DNA from: Candidatus Melainabacteria bacterium RIFCSPHIGHO2_02_FULL_34_12
GTDB taxonomy: Bacteria; Cyanobacteriota; Vampirovibrionia; 2-02-FULL-35-15
DNA: 64,000 nucleotides
Assembly (NCBI GenBank): GCA_001784555.1
Contig: MFRM01000003.1
Location: forward strand, 65,606 to 129,605
Direction: 5' to 3'
Part shown: positions 8,170-17,888 of the stretch, in pieces
Layout: every line of letters begins with the position of its first letter
How positions within the stretch are numbered: position 1 is the stretch's first letter
The notes under the pieces: generated by a model
What the model saw: only the letters and a program-made list of their open reading frames with translations
Database searches by the model: none
Told to the model about the DNA's origin: nothing
Translations under genes and position numbers: made by a program

Positions 8170-9924
8170 TTACTTGCTCTTTAATAATTCTTTTTTGTTA
8201 AGTACGCTTACAATCATGCCTTTATCAAGAGTAATCACTTTGTCAACATTATCAATAGTTGATTGTTTGTGAGCAATAATAATTACTGTTCTGTTTTTTA
8301 CAAGTTCATCAATAGCTTCTTGAATAAATTTTTCAGATTCACTGTCGAGGTGACTCGTAGGTTCATCCAGTATTAAAATGGGTGCATCTTTCAAAAAAGC
8401 TCTGGCAAGTGCTACTCTTTGTCTTTGTCCACCTGAAAGCCTTGCACCACTTTCTCCAACAATGGTTTCAAATCCTTCATAAAACTTTTCCGCAAATTCA
8501 ATTACATGTGCTTTTTTAGCAGCATTTAACATGTCTTCTTCTTTTGCATTTGGCTTTCCAAACATAATATTTTCTTTAATTGAACAGTTAAATAAAACCT
8601 GTTCCTGAGTTACAAGCGATATTTGTGAACGTAATGAATGGATATCTACAGACTTTATATCAATTCCATCCATCTCAATATTTCCTTCTGTAACATCATA
8701 AAATCGCGGAATTAAGCTGACCAAGGTAGTCTTTCCAACTCCAGAAGGTCCTATTAAAGCAACCTTTTCAGAAGGATTAATTTCAAGATTTATATTATTT
8801 AAGATTTCTCTTCCATCAGAATATTTAAATGCAACATTGTTAAATTTAATCTGACCTTTAATAGACTTAAGATGAGTAGCTGGTTTAAGTTCAGTTAGTG
8901 ATGATTTTTGATCTAATATTTCAAATACTCGCTCGCTCGCACCAAGTGCCTGCTGCAAGGTAGACCATACACGGCTTATTCTTTTTATAGGCTCATAAAG
9001 AAGTATTGTGGTTAAAAAATATGAGGAGAAATCACCCAGTGTTATCTGGAAAATTGCCACACTCTTCATGCCATACCAAAACACAAAAGCAACTCCACAT
9101 GCACCTACCAAACCTGTAATTGGAGAAATCATTGCTTCTATAGTTACTGTTTTAATCAAGGTAGAAAAAAGCCTGGAGTTTAAATTCTGAAATTTTTTAT
9201 CTCTGAAGTTTTCAAGATTATATGCCTGAGCTAGTTTTAGATTTTGCAGACTTTCCTGGACATATCCGGAAAGATCTCCAATGCTTTCCTGTCCTTTTCT
9301 GCTTAATCTTCTAAGCCTTTTAGCAAGATTCACTACAGGAATTACAAATAACGGAATAACAACTACTGCAACAAGTGTAAGTGACCAGTTAACAGATAAA
9401 AGCCATGCAAAAAGAAAAACAGCTTTGCTTGAATCATTAAAAATCGTAGTTATTGTTTCTGCTACCCACGACTGAACAGCTATAAGATCATTTGTAACTC
9501 TGGATACATATGCCCCACTCATTTCTTTTGTTATTTGAGAAAGAGAAAGTTTTTGAAGATGCTCATGTAACTTATTTCGAATATCTCTTACAGTTGCAAC
9601 ACCTACATATCTGATACAAAACTGATGAAGAAACCTTAAAATTCCATCCAGAAAATATGCAGATATTATCAAAATCGGTATTAAGCCAAGCAATTCATTT
9701 ACATGGATGCTCATACTTGGAGATCCAACCAGAGCTTTTAATTGTTTAGGTAAAAGAAAAAGTCTTCCTTTCTGGTTTGGCATATTTAAGCCATCTACAG
9801 CAATTTTTACAAGCCAGGGAGGAAGCAGAGAAATAAATCCTGCAAGAACCATTGAAAAAAAAGCAATTGAAAACAAGAGCCAGTATTTTTTTCCAAATGA
9901 CAATAATCTGCTCAATGTGTTCAT
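8170..9924 (-). CDS. MsbA-like ABC exporter (fused TMD and NBD)
   Basis: N-terminal TM domain, GPSGVGKT, LSGGQRQR, ILDEPTS. Confidence 0.92.
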   Translation of the reverse strand: MNTLSRLLSFGKKYWLLFSIAFFSMVLAGFISLLPPWLVKIAVDGLNMPNQKGRLFLLPKQLKALVGSPSMSIHVNELLGLIPILIISAYFLDGILRFLHQFCIRYVGVATVRDIRNKLHEHLQKLSLSQITKEMSGAYVSRVTNDLIAVQSWVAETITTIFNDSSKAVFLFAWLLSVNWSLTLVAVVVIPLFVIPVVNLAKRLRRLSRKGQESIGDLSGYVQESLQNLKLAQAYNLENFRDKKFQNLNSRLFSTLIKTVTIEAMISPITGLVGACGVAFVFWYGMKSVAIFQITLGDFSSYFLTTILLYEPIKRISRVWSTLQQALGASERVFEILDQKSSLTELKPATHLKSIKGQIKFNNVAFKYSDGREILNNINLEINPSEKVALIGPSGVGKTTLVSLIPRFYDVTEGNIEMDGIDIKSVDIHSLRSQISLVTQEQVLFNCSIKENIMFGKPNAKEEDMLNAAKKAHVIEFAEKFYEGFETIVGESGARLSGGQRQRVALARAFLKDAPILILDEPTSHLDSESEKFIQEAIDELVKNRTVIIIAHKQSTIDNVDKVITLDKGMIVSVLNKKELLKSK

Positions 9925-9949
9925 AGAATGAAAATTATATCGTTTTATA

Positions 9950-10062
9950 TGTCATTGCGAGGAGATCCCTCGCTTCACTCGGGACAGGCTCCGCAATCCC
10001 GAGCTATATACGCAAATTCGATCGAGATTGCTTCACCCTCCTTCGGAGGGCTAGCAATGACA
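9950..10062. mobile_element. family B element, intergenic, with a different hairpin nested in the left arm
   Basis: tgtcattgcgagg...gcaatcccgagc...atcgagattgcttc...ctagcaatgaca. Confidence 0.85.
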
Positions 10063-10121
10063 CATTTTTTTATCAATACTTATCATAATGTTCTAAAATG
10101 GTTAAGATTTAATAGATCCTC

Positions 10122-10736
10122 ATGCAAGAAACTAACTTACCACCAACACCAAAGTCTGCCAAAGCACAACGAACAAGACAAAAAATACTTGAAGCAGCAA
10201 GATCTGTTTTTGCAGAACGCGGGTTTGCTAAAGCCACGGCAGAAGAAATTTCTACTAAGGCCGGAGTAGGTTATGGTACTTTTTATCTTTACTTTGCAGA
10301 TAAGAGACAAGCCCTGCATACAATCCTGGCTGAAGTAGATGATCAGCTTTACCAGTTACAAAACTCTGAAGATAAGTCCAGTACAGGACTTGGTGCGCTT
10401 GCACCAATAAAAACTACCATTAGTGGTTTTTTTGAAAGTTTTAAAGCAAATGCAGACATCCTGAAAATCTGTCATGAACTTGCTGCAACAGATCCTGATT
10501 TCAGGGAATCACATAATAAAGTCCGGTCAAGACTTGTAAACAGAATGAAAGAACATCTTATAAAAGGTCTTGAACTAGGAAATGCCAGGGTAGTGGATCC
10601 TGAAATTGCATCAATAGCACTTGCCGGTCTTATTGAAACCATTGCAGTTGAATGGTTTTTTAACAATCGTCCATGGGATAAAGATAAAGTTATTCAGACA
10701 GTGGCAAAATTATATTACAGCGCAGTTATTAAATGA
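10122..10736 (+). CDS. TetR/AcrR family transcriptional regulator
   Basis: ILEAARSVFAERGF..AGVGYGTFYLYFADK helix-turn-helix. Confidence 0.95.
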   Translation: MQETNLPPTPKSAKAQRTRQKILEAARSVFAERGFAKATAEEISTKAGVGYGTFYLYFADKRQALHTILAEVDDQLYQLQNSEDKSSTGLGALAPIKTTISGFFESFKANADILKICHELAATDPDFRESHNKVRSRLVNRMKEHLIKGLELGNARVVDPEIASIALAGLIETIAVEWFFNNRPWDKDKVIQTVAKLYYSAVIK

Positions 10737-10751
10737 TCCGCTGGAGAGGAT

Positions 10752-11576
10752 TTACATAGCCAGCATATTATATCCGCAGTCTACATAAATAAGCTCACCT
10801 GTAATTGCACGGGATAAATCACTAAATAAAAATACACAGGTATCTGCCACTTCTTCAGCTGAAACATTTTTCTTTAAAGGAACAACGGTTCTAAAATGTT
10901 CAAGCATTTTTCCAAAGTCATCAATACCGCTTGCAGAGAGTGTCTTAATAGGTCCGGGAGAAACTACATTTACTCTGATATTTTTTGGACCCAGATCATA
11001 TGCCAGATATCTGGCTGAGCTTTCAAGAGCTGCTTTTGCTACGCCCATAACATTGTAATTTTTTACAACTCTTTCACTTCCTAGGTAACTTAGCGCTACT
11101 ACACTTCCGCCTTTTTCTTCCATAAGCGGTTTAAATGCTTTTGAAAGTGCTATTAATGAATAGCTGCTTACATCCTGAGCGAGGTGATATCCGTCCCGTG
11201 AGGTGTTTACAAATTCTCCGCCCAGTTCTTCACGTTTTGCAAATGCAACTGCATGCAGAAAAAAATCAATTTGTCCAAATTGTTTTTTAATGGTTTCAGA
11301 AGCCAAAGCAAGTTCGTCATCTTTAGTAACATCCAGATTTACTGAAAAAGGATCTTTTAAATCAGCTTCTTTAAAGAGTTTTTCAAGGTTTCTTAAAACT
11401 CTTTCTCCCTGATAAGTAAAACCAATCTGGGCACCTTCTCTCATGCATGCCTGAGCTACTGCCCATGCAATACTCCATTTATTTGCAACGCCAACAATAA
11501 TTCCTTTTTTACCTTTTAAAAGCATATTTGAAACTTCTTTCTTTAGTGGTTTTTCCAATGTTTCTGTTGTTGTCAT
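10752..11576 (-). CDS. fabI: enoyl-ACP reductase FabI
   Basis: GVANKWSIAW, YNVMGVAKAALE, RVNVVSPGPIKTL. Confidence 0.96.
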   Translation of the reverse strand: MTTTETLEKPLKKEVSNMLLKGKKGIIVGVANKWSIAWAVAQACMREGAQIGFTYQGERVLRNLEKLFKEADLKDPFSVNLDVTKDDELALASETIKKQFGQIDFFLHAVAFAKREELGGEFVNTSRDGYHLAQDVSSYSLIALSKAFKPLMEEKGGSVVALSYLGSERVVKNYNVMGVAKAALESSARYLAYDLGPKNIRVNVVSPGPIKTLSASGIDDFGKMLEHFRTVVPLKKNVSAEEVADTCVFLFSDLSRAITGELIYVDCGYNMLAM

Positions 11577-11704
11577 TTATCTTTAATGCTCCCGTTTTAA
11601 CCAGAAACATATGATAGCAAATTTAAAGAAGGAAAATCCTGTAAAGATGTACAGAGTATCAGTGTTGTTTATGCTAAATTCTTAAGGAATAAATTAATAT
11701 TTTT

Positions 11705-12430
11705 ATGTCACTAAAAGCCCGAAATCTAGTTAAAACATACAGCGGAAGAACTGTTGTAAATAATATCTCTTTTGAAGTAAAGCCTGGAGAAATTGTCGGC
11801 TTGCTTGGTCCAAACGGTGCAGGAAAAACCACATCTTTTGACATGATAGTCGGATTAATTAAGCCTGATGCAGGGGGAGTAAGTTTATTTGAAAAAGATT
11901 TAACAAAAATTCCTATTCACGAAAGATCCCAATCAGGTATAGGATATCTAACTCAGGAACCGTCTGTTTTCAGGAGGCTATCAGTAGCAGATAATTTAAG
12001 ACTTATCTGGGATGTACTTGAAAATATTGATAAAAAAGAACAGGAAGAACAGCTTGCAAAATTATTAAATGAATTTGATCTCACTGATTTAAAAGATCAT
12101 ATTGCCATAAGTTTAAGCGGCGGAGAAAGACGGCGTGTTGAAATAGCCAGAGTTCTTACAGCAGATCCGAAATTTATTCTTCTTGATGAACCATTTACAG
12201 GAGTAGATCCTATTGCCATTCAGGAAATTCAAAAATTAATTGAAGATTTAAAACATAAACGTAATATGGGTATTTTGCTAACTGATCATAATCCACGTGC
12301 AACCCTTTCCATTACTGATAGAGCATACATAATTCAGGATGGAAAAATATTGCTTTCTGGTACTGCTAAAGAAATTGCAAAAGATCCGATTGCCCTTAAA
12401 TATTATCTGGGAGAGGATTTCACATTATGA
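11705..12430 (+). CDS. lptB: LPS export ABC transporter ATP-binding protein
   Basis: GLLGPNGAGKTT, GIGYLTQEPSVFR, LSGGERRRVEIAR, DEPFTGVDPI, TDHN. Confidence 0.95.
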   Translation: MSLKARNLVKTYSGRTVVNNISFEVKPGEIVGLLGPNGAGKTTSFDMIVGLIKPDAGGVSLFEKDLTKIPIHERSQSGIGYLTQEPSVFRRLSVADNLRLIWDVLENIDKKEQEEQLAKLLNEFDLTDLKDHIAISLSGGERRRVEIARVLTADPKFILLDEPFTGVDPIAIQEIQKLIEDLKHKRNMGILLTDHNPRATLSITDRAYIIQDGKILLSGTAKEIAKDPIALKYYLGEDFTL

Positions 12431-13575
12431 TTAAGCTTTTTAGACAAATTCTATTTTCAAGAATCAATATCCTCGACAGATACATTATTAACGAATTCTG
12501 GATTCCTTTCATTTCAGGCTCTGCAATTATTACAGGTATATGGCTTAGCGCAGATCAACTCAGGCAGGTTTTTAAACTTATTACCATTGCAGATGCTCCA
12601 ATCAGGCTTGCCATAACTATTTTAGGTCTGCATATGCCTGCAATTATTGTGATCACTATTCCAATAGGAATTTTATGGTCTTCATTTCTAGTATTCAGTC
12701 GCTTAAATCATGACTCTGAGATCATTGCCATGAGAACAAGTGGAATAAGCCTAACTAAAATAATGAGACCTGTGATTTTATTTGGATGTATTGCTGCTCT
12801 TTTTTCTTTTTCAATAAATGAAATTGTAGTCCCATTTACAAATCCCCTTGCAAGAAAACTTGAGATTTATTCTATTTACAAAAATCCACTTCCAAACAGC
12901 CAGAAAAACTTTACATATCTTGAAAAGGGATCAAATAAAAAACTAAGAAGAATTTTTTATGCTGCTTATTATAATGCAGACAAAGATCTTCTGAAGAACA
13001 TAGTAATTCTTGATTTTACAAGAGCGGGACTAACACAAATCTATACTGCAAAACATGCCAGATGGAAACCTGAAAAGGGAGGTTGGCAGCTCTACAAAGG
13101 AACGAATCACTTTATTTCAAACAACGATGCATTAAGCAGGGTTTCAAGTTTTCATTCTTTTTTCATTCCAAGCAGCTCAACCCCTGCAAAATTAATTAGA
13201 GAACTTAGCAAACCAAAAGAAATGAATATTGTTAAACTTTGGAATTTCCTGGAACTTCAAAAAGATAAAACCATTAACACTGATGATTATAATGAGGCCA
13301 GGGTTAATTTCCACAACAAATTTGCCCAGCCCATTGCATGTCTTTTAATTGCACTTATTGGAGCACCTCTGGGAATACTTCCAAGACGTTCAAGCTCCAG
13401 CTGGAATTACATATTTCTTGCAGTAATAATTTTCCAGTTTTATGTTACACAGTCTATATGTCTCTCTATGGCAGAAGCAAACAGGCTTTTACCATTCATT
13501 GCAGCATGGCTTCCAAATATTGTTTTGCTTTTAATTTCTTTAATTATTATCAGACAAAAGACACGTTTGGCGTAA
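12427..13575 (+). CDS. LptF/LptG (YjgP/Q) family permease
   Basis: ILDRYI, SRLNHDSEIIAMRTSGIS, AAWLPN; coupled to lptB by an ATGA overlap. Confidence 0.92.
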   Translation: MIKLFRQILFSRINILDRYIINEFWIPFISGSAIITGIWLSADQLRQVFKLITIADAPIRLAITILGLHMPAIIVITIPIGILWSSFLVFSRLNHDSEIIAMRTSGISLTKIMRPVILFGCIAALFSFSINEIVVPFTNPLARKLEIYSIYKNPLPNSQKNFTYLEKGSNKKLRRIFYAAYYNADKDLLKNIVILDFTRAGLTQIYTAKHARWKPEKGGWQLYKGTNHFISNNDALSRVSSFHSFFIPSSSTPAKLIRELSKPKEMNIVKLWNFLELQKDKTINTDDYNEARVNFHNKFAQPIACLLIALIGAPLGILPRRSSSSWNYIFLAVIIFQFYVTQSICLSMAEANRLLPFIAAWLPNIVLLLISLIIIRQKTRLA

Positions 13576-13653
13576 ATATTTAGGTTCAAAATCACAAAAT
13601 GATACCCATGGTTACATGCATTTTAACCCTTGCAGAATATAATCACATGGCAA

Positions 13654-14226
13654 ATGGAATCAAATTATAATCCTGCGATTCACCATAGGCGATCAATTCG
13701 ATTAAAAGAATTTAATTATTCACAAAATGGTTATTATTTTATTACAATTTGCACAAAAAACAGAGAATGTTATTTGGGCAAAATTATAAATAAAAAAATG
13801 ACATTATCCAATGAAGGAAAAATTGTTTTGCAATATTGGAATGAATTACCAAATCACTTTTCAAATGTTGGTTTGGATGAATATGTAATAATGCCAAATC
13901 ATTTGCACGGAATTATTGTTATTGAAAACGATTTGAATAATGACAATCGTAATGCGCAATGTAGGGGCGGGGTTACCCCGCCCCTACAACATTACACATT
14001 GGGTCAAATCATTGCATATTTGAAATATCAAACAACAAAAACAATAAATCAATTTTATAAAACCCCCGGCAAACCATTCTGGCAACGCAATTATTATGAA
14101 CACATAATCCGTAATGAATCAGAATTAACCCGTATTCATGAATACATTAGAAATAATCCTATACAATGGGAATTTGACAGGAATAACCGAAAAAACATTG
14201 CTAGAATAAATAATCACAATATATGA
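13654..14226 (+). CDS. REP-associated HUH/Y1 tyrosine transposase (RAYT, IS200/TnpA superfamily)
   Basis: HHRRSIRL..YS..GYYFITIC, MPNHLHGII (HUH), WQRNYYEHIIR..YIRNNP..W (catalytic Tyr); stop overlaps the mnmA ATG. Confidence 0.93.
   Translation: MESNYNPAIHHRRSIRLKEFNYSQNGYYFITICTKNRECYLGKIINKKMTLSNEGKIVLQYWNELPNHFSNVGLDEYVIMPNHLHGIIVIENDLNNDNRNAQCRGGVTPPLQHYTLGQIIAYLKYQTTKTINQFYKTPGKPFWQRNYYEHIIRNESELTRIHEYIRNNPIQWEFDRNNRKNIARINNHNI
13960..13988. repeat. family A palindrome inside the RAYT gene (CRGGVTPPLQ)
   Basis: tgtaggggcggggttaccccgcccctaca, perfect stem. Confidence 0.95.
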
Positions 14227-15413
14227 CCCCGCAAATCCTAGAAAAACAAAAACTATACGAAAACTATTGGCCGTCACTAGACAGCAAAATTGCTATCTGC
14301 ATGAGCGGTGGAGTAGACAGCAGCGTCAGTGCTTATTTACTTGCTAAAAAAGGTTATAAAACTGTCGGACTTACCGGCTGGCTTTTTAAAGGATCCAATC
14401 GCTGCTGTGACGGCGGAATGATTGATGCAGCAAAGATCTCTGAGTTTATAGGCATAGAACATCTATCTAAAGATTTAAGAGAACTTTTTAAAAATCAAAT
14501 CGTAGATCATTTTATTTCTTCCTACGGTAGCGGATCCACACCGATTCCATGCATTACCTGTAACAATGTCATTAAATGGGGATCACTTATGGAATATGCA
14601 TTTAATGAATTAAATTGTACACATATTGCTACGGGTCATTATGCAAAACTGGTAAATGATAACGGATATTTTAAAATCGTCCGTCCAAAAGATTCTAAAA
14701 AAGATCAAACATTTATGCTCTGGGGATTAACACAGGATGTGCTTTCCAGAACAGTTTTTCCATTAGGAGATTTAACAAAAGATGAAGTCAGAGATGCTGC
14801 CAGAGACGGAAATTTGTTTTTAGCCGAAAAAGAAGAAAGTCAGGATATTTGTTTTGTCTCAGAAAAAGAAGGAACTCAGGGGTTCCTTGGAAAATTTCTT
14901 GAACAAAAAGAAGGATTTATTATTGAAAATAAAACCGGAAATGTTTTAGGAACACATAGCGGTACTCATAATTACACTATCGGTCAAAGAAAAGGCATGG
15001 GAATTGCTTATAGCGAACCTCTTTATGTAATAGATGTAGATGTAGAAAAAAATATTGTTTATGCAGGTACTAAAGAAGAATTAGAAGGATGTGAATTAAT
15101 TGCAAAGGATGTGAATTGGATTTATCCTATAATTGCGAGGAGGCACGAAGTACCGACGAAGCAATCTCGATCGAATTCAAAAGATACGCTCGGGACTGCT
15201 TCGGGGTTTTCAACCCCTCGCAGTGACACTATCCGTGTCATGGCAAAAATCAGATATAATTCAAAAACTTCACCTGCAACAATCTCACTCTTGGAAGATA
15301 ATAAAATAAAAATGGTCTTTGATGAACCACAGTCAGCAATTACTCCCGGACAGGCATGTGTGTTTTATGATGAGACGGATCAAATTCTTCTTGGCGGTGG
15401 GTGGATAACTTAG
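14223..15413 (+). CDS. mnmA: tRNA 2-thiouridine(34) synthase
   Basis: MSGGVDSS, PIPCITCN, ATGHYA, KDQT, ESQDICF, TIGQRKG, ITPGQ. Confidence 0.97.
   Translation: MTPQILEKQKLYENYWPSLDSKIAICMSGGVDSSVSAYLLAKKGYKTVGLTGWLFKGSNRCCDGGMIDAAKISEFIGIEHLSKDLRELFKNQIVDHFISSYGSGSTPIPCITCNNVIKWGSLMEYAFNELNCTHIATGHYAKLVNDNGYFKIVRPKDSKKDQTFMLWGLTQDVLSRTVFPLGDLTKDEVRDAARDGNLFLAEKEESQDICFVSEKEGTQGFLGKFLEQKEGFIIENKTGNVLGTHSGTHNYTIGQRKGMGIAYSEPLYVIDVDVEKNIVYAGTKEELEGCELIAKDVNWIYPIIARRHEVPTKQSRSNSKDTLGTASGFSTPRSDTIRVMAKIRYNSKTSPATISLLEDNKIKMVFDEPQSAITPGQACVFYDETDQILLGGGWIT
15128..15228. mobile_element. family B element in-frame in mnmA, opposite orientation to the amidase copy
   Basis: tataattgcgaggaggcacgaagtaccgacgaagcaatctcgatcg...cccctcgcagtgaca; encodes IIARRHEVPTKQSRSNSKDTLGTASGFSTPRSDT. 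Confidence 0.9.
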
Positions 15414-15415
15414 TA

Positions 15416-15454
15416 TGTCATTGCGAGCCGAACAAAGTGAGGCGTGGCAATCTC
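15416..15454. repeat. family B half-element between convergent mnmA and the Sua5-family gene
   Basis: tgtcattgcgagccgaacaaagtgaggcgtggcaatctc. Confidence 0.85.
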
Positions 15455-15475
15455 CAAACTTTTTTGATGTGTTTC

Positions 15476-16009
15476 TTATCGTAATACTTTAATACCATCT
15501 TTTGTAATTTCTATAATCTTAGATGGTCTATATGACATCTCACCTTTTTTTGCTTTAACAAACAATTTCACCTTTTTTGCAATTTGATTTACATCCTTTT
15601 TCCCTGAAACATTTGCACTAGTGCTGGCAAGAACATGGTTAGGACATTGTTTTAATAATTTCAAAAGAAATTTATTTTTTGGTACACGAATACCAATGGT
15701 TTTAAAACCTTTGTTTAAAAATTTGGGCACATGTTTTGATACAGGGAGAACAATGGTTAACGGTCCAGGCCATTGTTTTAGTAAGGGCATGCCATGGCGC
15801 ACGCCTACAACAAATCTCTTTAACGATTTCCAATCATGCCCCAATAAAATCAATGGTTTGTTTCTGCTTCTTTTTTTTAATTTATATATTTTTTCAACTG
15901 CAGATTTTGAATTATAACGACAAACCAGACCATAAACCGTATCGGTAGGAATAATAATCGGTTCACTATCTAAAATTAATTTAAGGCATTTCTTTAAATT
16001 TTGTTCCAC
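15476..16009 (-). CDS. tsaC: L-threonylcarbamoyladenylate synthase (TsaC/Sua5/YrdC)
   Basis: PTDTVYGL, KKR..KPL, WPGPLT, IGIRVP, STSANVSG. Confidence 0.9.
   Translation of the reverse strand: MEQNLKKCLKLILDSEPIIIPTDTVYGLVCRYNSKSAVEKIYKLKKRSRNKPLILLGHDWKSLKRFVVGVRHGMPLLKQWPGPLTIVLPVSKHVPKFLNKGFKTIGIRVPKNKFLLKLLKQCPNHVLASTSANVSGKKDVNQIAKKVKLFVKAKKGEMSYRPSKIIEITKDGIKVLR
15781..15808. repeat. family A palindrome in tsaC (VGVRHGMPL)
   Basis: gtaagggcatgccatggcgcacgcctac. Confidence 0.85.
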
Positions 16010-16032
16010 GTAATAATTATAGTTTACTGCTG

Positions 16033-17226
16033 TTAATTTTCTGGAGCAACAGGAAGTCTTATTATAATTGTCGCGCCGGAATCAGGTATACCAAATTTTG
16101 ACTCAACTCGTATCGTTCCACCTGCTTCTTCAACAATTTGTTTAATTATATCCATGCCAAGTCCTCTATTATTCTTGCCTGTTTTTGTAGAAAAACCTCT
16201 TTCTAAAATCATATTAGGATTAGCTGCAACACCGGGATCAATACCAGGTCCTTTATCTTCTGCTCTGACTTCAATATAATTACCATCTTGCCTAGCGGAA
16301 ATTTTAAAAGATACTCCAGTAAGTCGAAATTTTTCACACTCTTCACAAGCATTTGTAGCAAGATTAAGCCATACTTTAAATAAAATATCAGGATCGATTA
16401 AAACCTTCGGCAAATTTTGTCTATTAGAATCAAATTGTTCAACTGTATCAATAGCAAGATAATGTACTACTTTATCAGTAGGGAAATAACCCAAAGCATC
16501 TCTGATTGAATCATTTATATCGACTAACGTAGGATCGCCTTTATAACCTAAATCAAATTTTCTTATCATATTCATAAATCTCAAAATAATTTCTGCATTA
16601 TCGTCAAGTCTGCTGCAAGTCGCAATAGAATTTACTATACGCTCAGATGGTTTAACCACGCTAGCTAATTCATCATTAAGTTTTCTCAAATTGTCTCTAA
16701 ATCTCAAAAAGCTCCCCGCCATTGCAAGATAAATCGCAGAAGTGAATACATCATTAAACTCTTCTTGTAGATCAGTTCTTTCATCTTTAATTCTGCCAGC
16801 AATGAGGTCAACCCATCTACAAAATGCCTCAGATCTGCGTGCATAAGAAGTAATAGCACCATCAAGACTTTCAAAAGCATTAGATTCAAATCCTGCTGTT
16901 TCTAATTCCTCCTGAAGATCTATTAATAAAAGCTGAATTGAGGGTACTACCTTCATAGCATCATGATGTTCAGCACCAACCCGATCACAAAAAGCAGAAA
17001 AATCAATAGAAACATTATTGCTATTTGCTAAAGATGCAGGTGGAACTGTTAAGGTTGGAGGAAAAGTGGATGGCCGAAGAGTTCCTGCATCACTGGTCAA
17101 AGTTGTTCTGTCGGGAGAATTAACACTCGTATCATCATTAATATCAGAAACATTTTGGCCACCATTAGCTTCATCTCTGGGTAATAATTTTGAGCCTGTT
17201 TTGCCAACTCCCAAAAGAGGGTTCAT
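16033..17226 (-). CDS. histidine kinase-like protein with HATPase_c domain and no clear H-box
   Basis: NLATNACE (N), DKGPGI (G1), GFSTK (F), GLGMDIIKQIVE..GG.I.VES (G2). Confidence 0.75.
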   Translation of the reverse strand: MNPLLGVGKTGSKLLPRDEANGGQNVSDINDDTSVNSPDRTTLTSDAGTLRPSTFPPTLTVPPASLANSNNVSIDFSAFCDRVGAEHHDAMKVVPSIQLLLIDLQEELETAGFESNAFESLDGAITSYARRSEAFCRWVDLIAGRIKDERTDLQEEFNDVFTSAIYLAMAGSFLRFRDNLRKLNDELASVVKPSERIVNSIATCSRLDDNAEIILRFMNMIRKFDLGYKGDPTLVDINDSIRDALGYFPTDKVVHYLAIDTVEQFDSNRQNLPKVLIDPDILFKVWLNLATNACEECEKFRLTGVSFKISARQDGNYIEVRAEDKGPGIDPGVAANPNMILERGFSTKTGKNNRGLGMDIIKQIVEEAGGTIRVESKFGIPDSGATIIIRLPVAPEN

Positions 17227-17388
17227 TAATAAATCCTTTTGTTTAAAACATTCATTCTAAAATTGTTCATTATGTTAGCGTTTCATTTTGTTTTAAAATA
17301 CAATTTTAAGTAAGACTTAATACTAACCAAAAATTAAGAAGCTTAAGAGAAATCATCTTAACCTGATTAATACAATTATAATATCAAA

Positions 17389-17853
17389 ATGATTACTTTA
17401 ATCCAAAGAGTAACATCTGCAAAAGTAACCATCGAAAATAAGGTTACAGGCAATATAAAAAATGGGCTGCTTCTATATATAGGCTTTGAAGATGGAGACA
17501 ACTTAGAAAAAATAAAATGGTCCATTAATAAAATAATTAACCTTAGAATATTTGCAGATAAAGAAGACAAGATGAACCTTTCTCTTCTGGATATAAAAGG
17601 AGTAGGGGCGTATCGCGATACGCCCTTACTATTGGTGATTTCAAATTTCACTCTCCCGGCTGATTTAAATGAATCAGGCAGAAGACCTTCATTTACAAAA
17701 TCAGCCAGCCCGGAAATAGCAGAAAATCTCTATAATCAGTTTATAGATGAGTGTAAAAATCAAAATATAAATGTAGCTCAAGGAAAATTCGGCGCCATGA
17801 TGGATATTGAATCTGTAAATGATGGACCGGTTAATTTCATATTAAAAAGATGA
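17389..17853 (+). CDS. dtd: D-aminoacyl-tRNA deacylase
   Basis: IQRV..A.V, NLRIF.D...KMNLS, SNFTL, GRRPSF, GKFGAMM, NDGPV. Confidence 0.96.
   Translation: MITLIQRVTSAKVTIENKVTGNIKNGLLLYIGFEDGDNLEKIKWSINKIINLRIFADKEDKMNLSLLDIKGVGAYRDTPLLLVISNFTLPADLNESGRRPSFTKSASPEIAENLYNQFIDECKNQNINVAQGKFGAMMDIESVNDGPVNFILKR
17601..17630. repeat. family A palindrome in dtd (VGAYRDTPL)
   Basis: agtaggggcgtatcgcgatacgcccttact. Confidence 0.92.
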
Positions 17854-17856
17854 GCT

Positions 17857-17870
17857 GTCATTGCAATGAC
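17857..17870. repeat. collapsed family B remnant (fused termini)
   Basis: gtcattgcaatgac equals left end GTCATTGC plus right end GCAATGAC sharing GC. Confidence 0.65.
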
Positions 17871-17888
17871 GTATAATAACTTATAACT

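Noticed and set aside
9928-10269. 113-aa ORF
   Set aside because: Made of the family B element plus an out-of-frame overlap with the TetR gene.
13576-14226. Classical IS200/IS605 insertion sequence
   Set aside because: No tnpB and no subterminal hairpins in the flanks; motifs and the internal REP fit the RAYT subgroup better.
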